DNA of 64,000 nt from Tubulanus polymorphus (taxonomy: Eukaryota; Animalia; Nemertea): positions 4,364,231 through 4,428,230 of the forward strand of contig NC_134033.1 in the NCBI RefSeq assembly GCF_964204645.1. Reading direction: 5' to 3'. Position 1 is the first letter of the stretch, and each line of letters starts with the position of its first letter. A model generated the notes under the pieces. The model saw only the letters and a list, made by a program, of their open reading frames with translations. It was not told the DNA's origin and ran no database searches. Positions 22,422 to 32,900 of the stretch are shown piece by piece. The translations under genes were made by a program, and so were the position numbers.

Positions 22422-25400
22422 ATGGAACCTGTTTCCCTCGAGAATTTGAACAACTGCAGTTGTTATATGAATGCAGTTATTCAATCACTCCGCTGTTTGC
22501 CCGAGTTTGTCGAGCGTTTGCAGAGGCACACCGCTGTAGAAGAATGTAAGTAATGGACTAAAAAAGGACTTATAGCCTAAATTCATGGCTCAATTTCTGA
22601 TACATCTACATTTTTTTTATAGGTTCTGATAAATGTTGCTATCGATGCAAGTTGGCAGATGCATTTGACGGAAATAATGAACCTCTTTTTGAATACGTTG
22701 ATGGTAACTAAAAAATTCTGTTTTTTTATGGGTTACTCGCATAGGCACTGTATGTTTGTATTGTATAAAGAAATATATTTCTAGAAATTATACCTAATGG
22801 CTGTCAAGTCGAGCAGCAAGATGCCGAGGAGTTCTTTTTAGGACTCCTACGAAAAATTCGTCAGGAAGATTTGTAAGTATTAAACCTCCAATGTATGTGG
22901 TTTGGCCTCCATAAATGAATTTCATGCATGCAATGATGACAATTTATTTTTCAGAGTTTTAGGAGATATGTTCAAATCCACATGGATTCAGACGAGTAAG
23001 CATGCTTTGAATAATAAACTGATTGTTTATCATATGAAAAGTTTTGGCCATTCCACTGTATCTGATGACTTATATACTGAATATATTTATATAGGCCTAT
23101 GGATAATTACTGCCATCTATTACTGTCGTCTTAGAGTGATCTTTTGTCATGATTTCAGCGACATGTGAACAATGTGGGTTCGAAAATAAACTATCTGATT
23201 ATACGCCGATCACCTCTTTGCCATGCGTGGTTGGTATTTGAATTTTGTGGTTTTGTGCTTCATGACAATTTTAATTTAATTTTAATCTTCGCACAATAAT
23301 TTTGACATTTTTTGCAGGATTCTACAGATGGTTCGCTTGTGTCGAACATCCCCAAAGGTCTTGGAATCATGGATCGAAGTGAAACTATAGATTTTCGTTG
23401 CAGCAGGTATGTGTCTTTTGTAGAATTCACGATTTGTAATTCCACTAACATAGTGTTAGTTTTGTGATTTTTTTTCAGGTGTGGATTTTCTTCTGCAAAA
23501 CAATCGCGAAAATTAGCAGGGAAAAGCAGTGGAAAATATATGGCGATACACTTAAAACGGTATGTTTCTTAATATTGAGGGTACCGGTTTTAAAATTTTG
23601 TGAGCACTGTACATATACAGTTGTTTTTCATTATTTGTCTTGCCGACGCATAGACACGGTTTTAAATTGGCTTCCCAGACAATAACTGATTGAGTTTTCA
23701 ACTTAGACTGAATAATCATCACTCATTGGAGACATGTAATGATGAATTATACTATACATGTGTTATACAGTGAATGTGTGCATGCGACTAATACATAATG
23801 ATACATTCTGTTTTTTTTCAGATCTACCGTCTTCGTGCTAAGTATCCTCTGCCTATTATCATTAGACACTATTATTATGTTGATAAATGTATTTTTATGA
23901 TATTCTCATTCTATACATGTACATCTCAGATATTCTTTTTGATTGTATAAGCTTACATGTATTTGTCTCATTTTCATATCAAATATCTCTTTCTAAGATT
24001 TATATACACCTCTGGTGCAGAGCACATATACTTAATCGCTGTTTCTATCATATTCTCAATCGTATACGACTATATGAGTGGATAATGGTTGCCTAAATGG
24101 TGGTAGCATTTTCAAGCTGGCAGTTAGTTACATGAAAAGCATATACCATTTTTATTTCCAGCTATGCATTTGATAGCTTTTCAAGGACAATTCAAAGATT
24201 AGCGCATGACATTCACGCACCTATAAAACTGATGGGTCAAATGGGCAAAGAAATAGTATGTATATTTATTGAGTTTTGATACTGAGAAAACCAGTTATAG
24301 GTAATAATGACCTTATTTCTTCGCAGGTGCGCTATTCTTTGAAAAGTATTGTCCTTCATAGTGGCCATTCAACCAGATCTGGACACTACACTAGTGTGGT
24401 TAAATATGGTTGCAATTGGTTTTATGTGAATGATGATAATGTAAGTAAGATGATACACCTGACACTAATGTAACTACGGTAACAGTTTTTGGTTTGGCAA
24501 TATACTTAAATATTCATGTTTTGTTTTAGTATGATTCAACTTATATGTCTCGGCAATTCGATGGAGATTCATATATTGTGTTCTATGAACAGGATAATGT
24601 AAGCATTACATTCTTTCAACCACCATGTGCTTTTAAAATATTTTATAGCCCAATTTCTGGGGGGGGTGTTGAATAATGAAATTTTATGATTGTTTGGCAT
24701 TTCAAACCACTTCCCAAGTGGGTGTGGTTGCATTCCCTGGACCCCTAGTTTCCTTTTATAATATTACTATATCAAATCATTTTAGGATGAATTTCCAACA
24801 ACTCTGGAAAATGTTGGGGAAGTAGAAATTCAGCACCGTTGGATATGGAATCAAGTTGCATGTAAACAAAAAAAGAAAAAATGTGTAGGAAATTTCTATT
24901 TATTATCATTGACATAGATTATCAATATATGAGATTTTGTTCCAATATTTAATGTTATTGTAGGAATCAATGGTAAGAATGTCAAATAAGAAAAGAAGGG
25001 TGGAACGATCAAAGTAAGTGCAGATTATTGATTTAGAGTTATGATCCATGTAGACCTTTACTACATGTTCCAGTGTACATTTATATGTGTTTAATGGCTT
25101 AAAATTAGAACCCTGTTGAACAGATGAATCTATGTAGGATTTAAATATTCCTTTTTAGGGGTACAAACTTGAAGTGCAAGTTATGTATGTTTACATCGCA
25201 TTCGAAGTCTGGCATGATAGACCATCAAGTAGATAAGCATTTAAATGAATATATGGAAGAGATCGAAAATGATAGGTCAGTGAAATTTTGCAATATCTCT
25301 CTTAACTCTTCAATTTAACCTCATTAATTCTACATGCAAAATATAAAGTTTTTCAGGGATATATATATATACACCCTATTCAATTAGCTACTTTCTGAAA

Positions 25401-25627
25401 CTGAGCTATTTTCGGGGCAGAGCTATGTATGTAAGTCGGCTATTGTTATAAAAATTGGATATTGCAGTGAAGCTGATACATCCCCCAGTAAAAACTCTCC
25501 AGAATACATTGATATCTCGACATCTGATGAAGAAGATTTATCAAGGTAGGTTTCAACTTGTATATGAAAAGCCCTTAACTCTCCAATTTAACCTCATTAA
25601 TTCTACATGCAAAATATAAAGTTTTTC

Positions 25628-25705
<78 letters not shown>

Positions 25706-28700
25706 ACCCTATTCAATTAGCCACTTTCTGAAACTGAGCTATTTTCGGGGGCAGAGCTATGTAAGTCGGCTATTGTTATAAAAATTGGATATTGCAGTAC
25801 ATCCCCCAGTAAAAACTCGCCAGAATACATTGATATCTCGACATCATCTGATGAAGAAGATTTATCAAGGTAGGTTTCAACTTGTATATGAAAAGCTACT
25901 TTCATTCTTAGGTCTTAGGTAATTTGCTGCACTATTAGAAAATATATTATAATTGTTTTAATTTTTTCATAGTAAGCCTCCTAGAATTATTGTATCAGCT
26001 GAAAATTCTGAATCTGATGAACTACCGAGTTATGAAAATATTATGTAGGTTATCGATTCCTCATATTCCAAGCCATCTGTAAAAAATATTTTAAAACGAA
26101 TTATCCTTTACTGTTTTAGGCGCCATTCATCAGAAAAGGATACCTGTGATCAGATTCAGGTTGAACCAATAATGATATCGTCAGATGATGAGTGTCATGC
26201 CCATAGTCATACTATTAAGTAAGTTATTTCAAAATTCAGTATAGATTCTAAATAATTTCTAACGCACTTTCCAGAGAATTGTTGATTTCTTTTGTTTTAG
26301 ATATCTGAATGAAGATCGATGCCTCCCTGTTTTCAGCTCTGAAAAAGAAATTTCCGTCAGTGATGTCTGTGAAGCACTTCTGGAACAACATGATAGAATT
26401 TGCTCAAAAGTACCATATCGGTGTCAAGAAAACATGCATTTCATTGTTTCATTGAATGAGGTACCTGAAAGTGACCTAAAATGTGATGGCAATGGAGTCT
26501 TTAAAAATAGGGGTACAACTAAAAAGTTTGTCAAGAAAAGTACAACTTCCGATTATGTATTCTGCGATGAACAGGCAGCAGATTTTATATTGAAAACAAC
26601 TTATTGGAACCACAAAAAATACCCAGACTTTGGGAAAAAAATTAGATTTATAGTTGACAAATCAGGCAATATTTTAAATTCGAGGGCTTCTATCCAATAT
26701 CGATTTTCTGGAGAACCTCACATAATAGAAGTTGCTCCCCATGGCAATGCTCGCAATAATAAACCATACAGCCGAGTTAAACCAAGTGTTGTGGATAAAG
26801 TGAAAGACAATATGCTTGGACAAAGTCAAAGTGAAGCGGTCAGCAGTATCATCAGCTCTCAGAATGGAATTCTCGGAATAACTTCTTTGGCAGACATTCC
26901 CAAAAGATCTCAGGCCTATAAGATTTCACAAAAACATAGAAACGTTACTCATGGGAAAAAAGATGATGAAATATACCATGTTCTAGAACTTTCCAAAAGT
27001 GAATTGAAATTTTTTATCCGAGACATTAAACTCCATCCTGATTTATGTATAATTTTGTATTTAGATGAAACTTTGACAGATATTTACCGCTTTTCATCAG
27101 ATCCTGTTGACATGGCCACAATAACATTCGATCCAACTTTTAAATTTGGAGAATTTGATGTGACACCTATTACCTATAGACATTTACATTTTAAGACTAA
27201 ATCTACTGGTAAGACACCTATTTTTACTGGCCCAGTACTAATTCATTTCAAAAAGTCTAAATCTGTTTACACTGAACTTTTTGATGCAATAACCAAAAAA
27301 TGTCCGGACTTGCAAGATATCCTTTCATTTGGTACAGATGGGGAGAGCGCTTTAAGTGAAGCTGCACATGAGTTTTTTCCAAGTGCTATTCATTTAAGGT
27401 GCACAAGACATTTTCATCAAAACCTAAAAACCCACTTAAACACAATAGATATTCCCCAGGAAGCTAAGAAACGTATTATTACTGAAGTAATTGGCAACAA
27501 AAATGTAAAGGGTTTAATTGATTATGATTTGAATGATTTTGATGAGAAAGCTGTAGATTTATTTGATTCATGGGTTTCATCTTTTTCTCCGAGTATTCTT
27601 CCGTTTATTAATTATATCAAGTCACAGATGACAATGATGAAACAATGTATGATTTCTACTGTACGCTCATCCTCTGGCCTAGGTTTTCCTCCCGATAAAT
27701 TTTATACAAATGTATCAGAAAGTACCAACGCGAAACTAAGAAGATGGGCTCAAAGTAGAGAAATGGGTATTTCCAGTTTTATTAATTCAATTTACAATTT
27801 AGTAAAAGCTGAAAGAGATAGCATAGCTATGGCTTATGCCGGAATAGGTGAATATTTTGAAGTTAGAGATGAGTTCAAACATATTTTATTAGACCCTTCC
27901 CTCTTAGACAAAAGCATTGACCAAAAAAAACTGTTTTTGAAGAAAGCTAATTGTGTAACTATGCACGAATTGCTTAATTCTTCATCTAATATTAATGGTA
28001 CCACGGGTACCCATTCATTATCAGTGTCATGTGACGAAGCAAAATCTGTCTACTCAGTAAAGACTAGTGAAGCAGTTTTGAAAGGGATTTGGAAAAAGGC
28101 AGCCCATGTTCTTAGTTTTGATAATCATATTTCTGATGCACCAAGTCAAAATAACTCAGTTCTAAAATATAGTGTAGTAAGTGAAAGTTCAGATAGAAAC
28201 AATCAGGTTAATTTCTATTTACAACAGAACAAGTTTACGTGTACATGCCCTCAGTACAAATTTCACTCATTATGTTCGCATTCTGTAGCCGTTGCTGAAA
28301 AAGTAAAATTTCTCAAAGAATTTTTAATCTGGCACAAATCATGTAATAAGAAGACAAATCTTACTAGTCTAGCGACGGTTGGGGTGAGTTTATCTGCTGC
28401 TGGAATGAAGGGACAAACTGTTAGAAGATATCGTGGTAATCCTGGTTGTGATAATAGTATTTCCCATTCTGATGATGGTTTTTTTCTTGTATTCTTACTT
28501 GGTGTGCGAATTAAAAAATGTTATGGATGTAGGAAAGAATTTACTGATTTTGATAGATTAACTCCAAGTGATTTGATTGTACGAAAATTAGATTACCGCA
28601 CATACTTAGATAAGAATACAAATAATTTAGGTGTTAGTGACAAACGACAAAATACATATTACCATTTGAATGTTTCTTGTATTAATAAGAAATATCCTAA

Positions 28701-28803
28701 TTTCGTTCCAGGTGCAGTAAAAGTTACTGCAAGTTTACAGGCATCAATGACTGTTGGCCATTTGAAAAACTACCAACAATTTCTTCATAAAGGTTATTTT
28801 TGA
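22422..28803 (+). CDS. USP (peptidase C19) deubiquitinase - C2H2 finger - SIM-like acidic linker - MULE DDE transposase - SWIM fusion, ~1313 aa, 18 coding exons
   Basis: Exons: 22422-22545, 22623-22703, 22785-22872, 22955-22995, 23159-23229, 23318-23406, 23479-23559, 24162-24255, 24327-24440, 24530-24598, 24786-24884, 24964-25013, 25159-25275, 25468-25545, 25798-25869, 25973-26044, 26120-26218, 26301-28803. All are GT-AG and phase-compatible, total 3942 nt with no internal stop. USP motifs: LENLNNCSCYMNAVIQSL, QQDAEEF, CEQC/CSRC, IHLKRY, HSGHSTRSGHY, WFYVNDD, SYIVFYE. Transposase motifs: ITFDPTF, GTDGESAL, CTRH, TNVSESTN; SWIM CTC..LCSH. Confidence 0.85.
25302..25895 (+). repeat. Tandem duplication of an intron+exon unit inside the MULE gene
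   Basis: ~25302-25572 is repeated at ~25574-25895; both copies carry the SPEYIDISTS(S)DEEDLS exon. Confidence 0.9.
25632..25703. repeat. (AT)n microsatellite, ~35 units
   Basis: Seen directly; only ~6 units at the equivalent position of the first duplicate (~25359). Confidence 0.95.
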
Positions 28804-29855
28804 TTTTAGATCAATGAATTCAATTTTTCTGATTATCATTTAACTCTTATTTTCAGTGGATCGAGTGTGATCTATCGAGTTTGTGTACCAGTTTGTAGCC
28901 TATGCATTGATTAGTGAAGAAATATATGTATTTATGCATTGGTAAGAAAACTTATCATTTTTCAGTTTTTCATTTAATACTTCCAATGTCTATTTAACCT
29001 TATTTGGGTGAAGTAACTCAGTTTTGGTTATAAAGTACCAACCTTCCCAATGTCCCAGATCAATGTGTCAATAAAGTTTGAAAATATGCCTTCTGTTTCT
29101 ATGCCTACAAACCGAGATACGTGTATTTTCAAAACATTTTTATCATGGTTTGTAGGTAATTTAGACATTGGAAACAGAAAATGAAGACTTTTTTCTCCGA
29201 TTCTGTTTTAGTAAATTAGAGAACTTTTGACATTCCTTCAATATAGCGTAAAATGCATGAAAAAATTGATGTTTTAGTTCCACTGTCCACTGCTGGTGAT
29301 TTACGGACATATTAATTAGGTAAATACGTCAGTTGTTAAAGTACAAGTATTTCCTTGGGTGTAAGCCTACGTGGCCATCCATAAAGTATGCATGCACAAC
29401 TTCTTATATTTTTAATTCCCTTGACTCAATTATGTGTAACGAAGAGAGAAGTTGATAAGAAATCAGGGAGTGTACCGAAGTGATACGTAAGTGTACCGGT
29501 TTTATACTGCTAATAAATCTTGTTATTATTTCATGATAATAAAAGACATTTATTTTTGATATGGAACTTAGTTTATTATTTTTGTCTTTGAGTTCAGGGG
29601 CTGAGATCATTTACATCTCTCGTTGGTAGGCCTAATCTGAATTAGACTCACATAGCGTGGATGTGAACCGTTGGAGGATTATTTGAGAAAGGCTATCAGT
29701 CTTCGTGCGCGTTGCCGTTGTACAATATTTATGCACGACCATCTAATGATTCCGGCATTCAAAATTCAAGGCCGGTTTTAAAGGGTAGATCCTAATAGGC
29801 TCGTCATGCACATTGACTGTATGGACTTAAAAACTCTTGAAAAATACCCCAAAAA

Positions 29856-29920
29856 GTCAGGAGTCGAACACGCTAACACCGGAGTGTAAGCGTAACGTTT
29901 TACCGCAGCACTAGCGATGC
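29856..29920 (-). other. tRNA-like (Val-TAC-like) degenerate sequence in the MULE right subterminal region
   Basis: Minus strand TAGTGCTGCGGT (A-box-like)...TTACAC...GTTCGACTCC (B-box) followed by TTTTT; stems do not pair properly. Confidence 0.3.
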
Positions 29921-30141
29921 GAGGTTCCGAAACCGCATTTTGTAACTATGTAAAGCCTACCCCATAGTATTTAACCATAAACCCTCTTGATACTAACCCT
30001 TCTGATCTTTCTAATATCATCGGTTGAGAAAGCTGCCATTTTTCCGTTATGTAATTGAATTGGATTGTGAGTATCACTAAATAGTATGTAACGAAAGTGA
30101 CAATATCGGTAAATAGCACAGCTTCTAAATTAGGTCATTTT

Positions 30142-30205
30142 CTAGGAATTAGGCGTTATGCGTTTTCCGATTCGGTGTTTTTCATTAGGCGTTTTTCGAA
30201 TACCG
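30142..30205 (-). repeat. Right TIR of MULE
   Basis: Exact reverse complement of 21616-21679. Confidence 0.95.
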
Positions 30206-30265
30206 CATTTTACGTGACGCATTGGTAGGTGTTCCATTTCATAGATTACAGGTTTCTCTCTCACG

Positions 30266-31333
30266 ATGAATTTCAGTTCGCAGACGACTTCACTACTCTC
30301 TACAACTACTAGAAATCCCTGCACACCTTACTTATTCCAAAACGTATTGTCAATCAGCGTAAAACTAGCTGGAGGTTTTCCTATCAGTATCGTCGGAATA
30401 ATTTTGAATAGTTTCAGCATTGTGATTTTACGTCGCCAAACTTCAAATCACATATGGCTCTACATTCTGCGATGTCTGGCAGTGGCTGACATAATCTTTC
30501 TTACATTTCACATAATTCAAGAGCCTTTTCGTTTCATTGTCTCCGGTTTGACCCAGGGTAGTCATATGTTCGTGATTCCTACGAGTATGAGTTGGGGTAT
30601 TCGGCCATGGATCTATCGGGTAGCTTGGTTACCGAGAAACTCAGCGCAAGTGACAAGGAACTGGATAACTGTACTACTAGTTTTAGAAAGGTCTTTTTCT
30701 ATCGCTAGGCCATTCTTCGCTAGAACTCATTTCACAATACCAAGGGTAAGAATTGTAGTTTGTTGTTTCTATATTATTTTTGGTATCTTAGGCTCTCCAT
30801 TGATTATCGGTACTACAGTAGGTATCTGGTTTTATGACGAATGTAATAAAGTCGTTATAAAATCTATCCGCCCAGCAAGCGATCCCATACGAAAATACTT
30901 TCTCATTGAAATATTTACGTGGATTGATCACTTTCCTAATCCTTTGTATAAAGAAATCCTACCTGCTTTTTTGCTAATTACTTTCAACAGCCATCTGATA
31001 TGGACTCTGAGAAAGATTAGTTCCAGGAGAAAAGAAATGACACAAGAAGGCGAACAAAGGCTAGACGTGAAAGCTATCAGGATAGCTGTACCTATTGTTA
31101 TTTTGTTTGTCGTCTGCAAAATCCCTGCTTCGTTCCGATCTTATAACAGTTTCATCGGTCGCTTCGTCAAAATGCCACCTATTAAATACTCTCACACCAT
31201 CTATACCCTTCAAGAACTGTTTACCGATCTTTTACCGACCTTGAACTCGTCTGTAAATTTCTTTATCTATTACATAGCAAACGATAATTTTAGAGGAACT
31301 GCAATAAAATTGTTGAGAAGGCGGCCAATTTAA
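30266..31333 (+). CDS. Class A (rhodopsin-like) GPCR, FMRFamide/peptide-receptor-like, single coding exon, 355 aa
   Basis: Seven hydrophobic segments; GIILN (TM1), LAVAD (TM2), RNWITVLLVLERS (TM3), FVVCKIP (TM6), NSSVNFFIY..NFR (TM7/H8). Confidence 0.88.
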   Translation: MNFSSQTTSLLSTTTRNPCTPYLFQNVLSISVKLAGGFPISIVGIILNSFSIVILRRQTSNHIWLYILRCLAVADIIFLTFHIIQEPFRFIVSGLTQGSHMFVIPTSMSWGIRPWIYRVAWLPRNSAQVTRNWITVLLVLERSFSIARPFFARTHFTIPRVRIVVCCFYIIFGILGSPLIIGTTVGIWFYDECNKVVIKSIRPASDPIRKYFLIEIFTWIDHFPNPLYKEILPAFLLITFNSHLIWTLRKISSRRKEMTQEGEQRLDVKAIRIAVPIVILFVVCKIPASFRSYNSFIGRFVKMPPIKYSHTIYTLQELFTDLLPTLNSSVNFFIYYIANDNFRGTAIKLLRRRPI

Positions 31334-32900
31334 ACTCAGTCGAGCGAAACAGATATATTTTGGATCCGTCCAGGCTTTTTTTTAGATTTCAGAGCCCCAT
31401 CCCCTACGCCACATTTGACGAGAATTTAAAATGTGTGATTGCCGTTTAATCACTAAACCAGTTAATTACAAAGATGGAACAGAATTTGAAAAAATCAGTC
31501 TGGATACTTAATCTTCCGCTGGGGATATATTTCTTCATTATCCATTCAATGTGGGGAATTAATTTTGGCCTTTATTGTCTTATGATTTCTATGTAAAGTT
31601 AGATACATTTCCAGTGTAGAGACCCTCCTAAAACCAATATCTGTTATGAAGCTAATTGGTATCTCTACCAGAAAATGTTAGTTATAAAAAGTTTGGACCT
31701 ACGGGTGCAAGGTAGGGGGTCCTACCCCCCAAAACCTGAGGTCAAGTTGAGGTCACGCAACCAAAAACGTCTTTGTATTGCACTTTAGAAGCCAGAATCT
31801 TATACAAATAAAATAGTAAATAGCTATTTTCTTTCATAATATCATAGGACAACAAGAAAACCATCCAGGGCAGTCGTTTTATTCTTTGGGGGGTCAGAAA
31901 TTTCAAAAAATCCTCAGGGATCATAAAAGTGAAAATCGCTCAATTTTCGCTGATTTCGTAATCACTTCTCAGTTGTTTGGTTTCTTTGGGTTTCCTCAAT
32001 GTTGATCCTCTGAATCCTCTAGATATCTCATTTCCTTGATATAAAACGTGTCAGGGAGTCATCTGGGGGTCACCTTGACCCCCCAGATGACCCAGGGTTT
32101 TCAGATAATTAGGCTCCTAAAAATGAAACTTATTCAAATGAAATTCAAAGAAATCGTTCAAATTTATTCAAGCATTAATTTGAGAGTTTATTTAGTGATA
32201 AGATTGCATTTTGCAAGTTTGTTTAGTTAAATGATTGATATGTTCTAAGCGATAATTGAGCTGGGTATGGTATATGTCGAAACTAGGAATATGGTCCAAA
32301 ACCGCTGATACAACACTCACATTCCTGGTTGCCGACGACAACCAGTACATACTGCCTGTGTGTGTAGAGTATATACAATCGCTTGTGAGCTCTCTATAGA
32401 GCATAGTGGCTCTCTATAGAGCATACTGACTCAGTGTCAGCAGCCAGGCTTGACTACTTTGCCATCTATCGGGGGTAATAGGAACCGTCACTTGAGGCGT
32501 GACCACGACCTAGTCTCTTTGTTTAAGCTGTCACGTGAGGCGTGGTGACGCCAACTGAAGAGTTTAAAGTTGCTGGGAACATTAAGATAATGATTAATGC
32601 AACATGAGCCAGGCACTTTGAAATGGATGTTGTCATTGCGAATTTATTAAAAGAACTGTTGAAGGTCTCTTTAAAACTGTGTACATTAATTAATTAATTT
32701 TTTTAGAACATCAAATCTCTATATGGATCCAATTAACCCGATTGCCTTCGTTCTTGCACTTTATGTCACAGTATCACTATCTTCGACGGTCTTAGTTATT
32801 ACGTAATAAGCAAATTGCGATACTTTGTGATATTTGCTAACAGTATGAATTCAAGCGTATATGCGGCTTTCTGTGATATGTAATACGTACCATAGCGAAT

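Larger units (their letters stand above)
21616..30205 (+). mobile_element. Full-length Mutator-like (MULE) DNA transposon, 8590 bp
   Basis: Perfect 64-bp TIRs at 21616-21679 and 30142-30205 (CGGTATTCGAAAAACGCCTAATG...). A 9-bp direct repeat CATTTTACG flanks it at 21607-21615 and 30206-30214. Contains a DDE plus SWIM transposase. Confidence 0.95.

Noticed and set aside
26434-28803. Stand-alone 789-aa transposase starting at 26434
   Set aside because: The frame is open back to a splice acceptor at 26300 and joins upstream exons in phase, so this ATG is probably internal.
29856-29920. Functional tRNA-Val gene
   Set aside because: Acceptor and T stems do not pair; reported only as tRNA-like.
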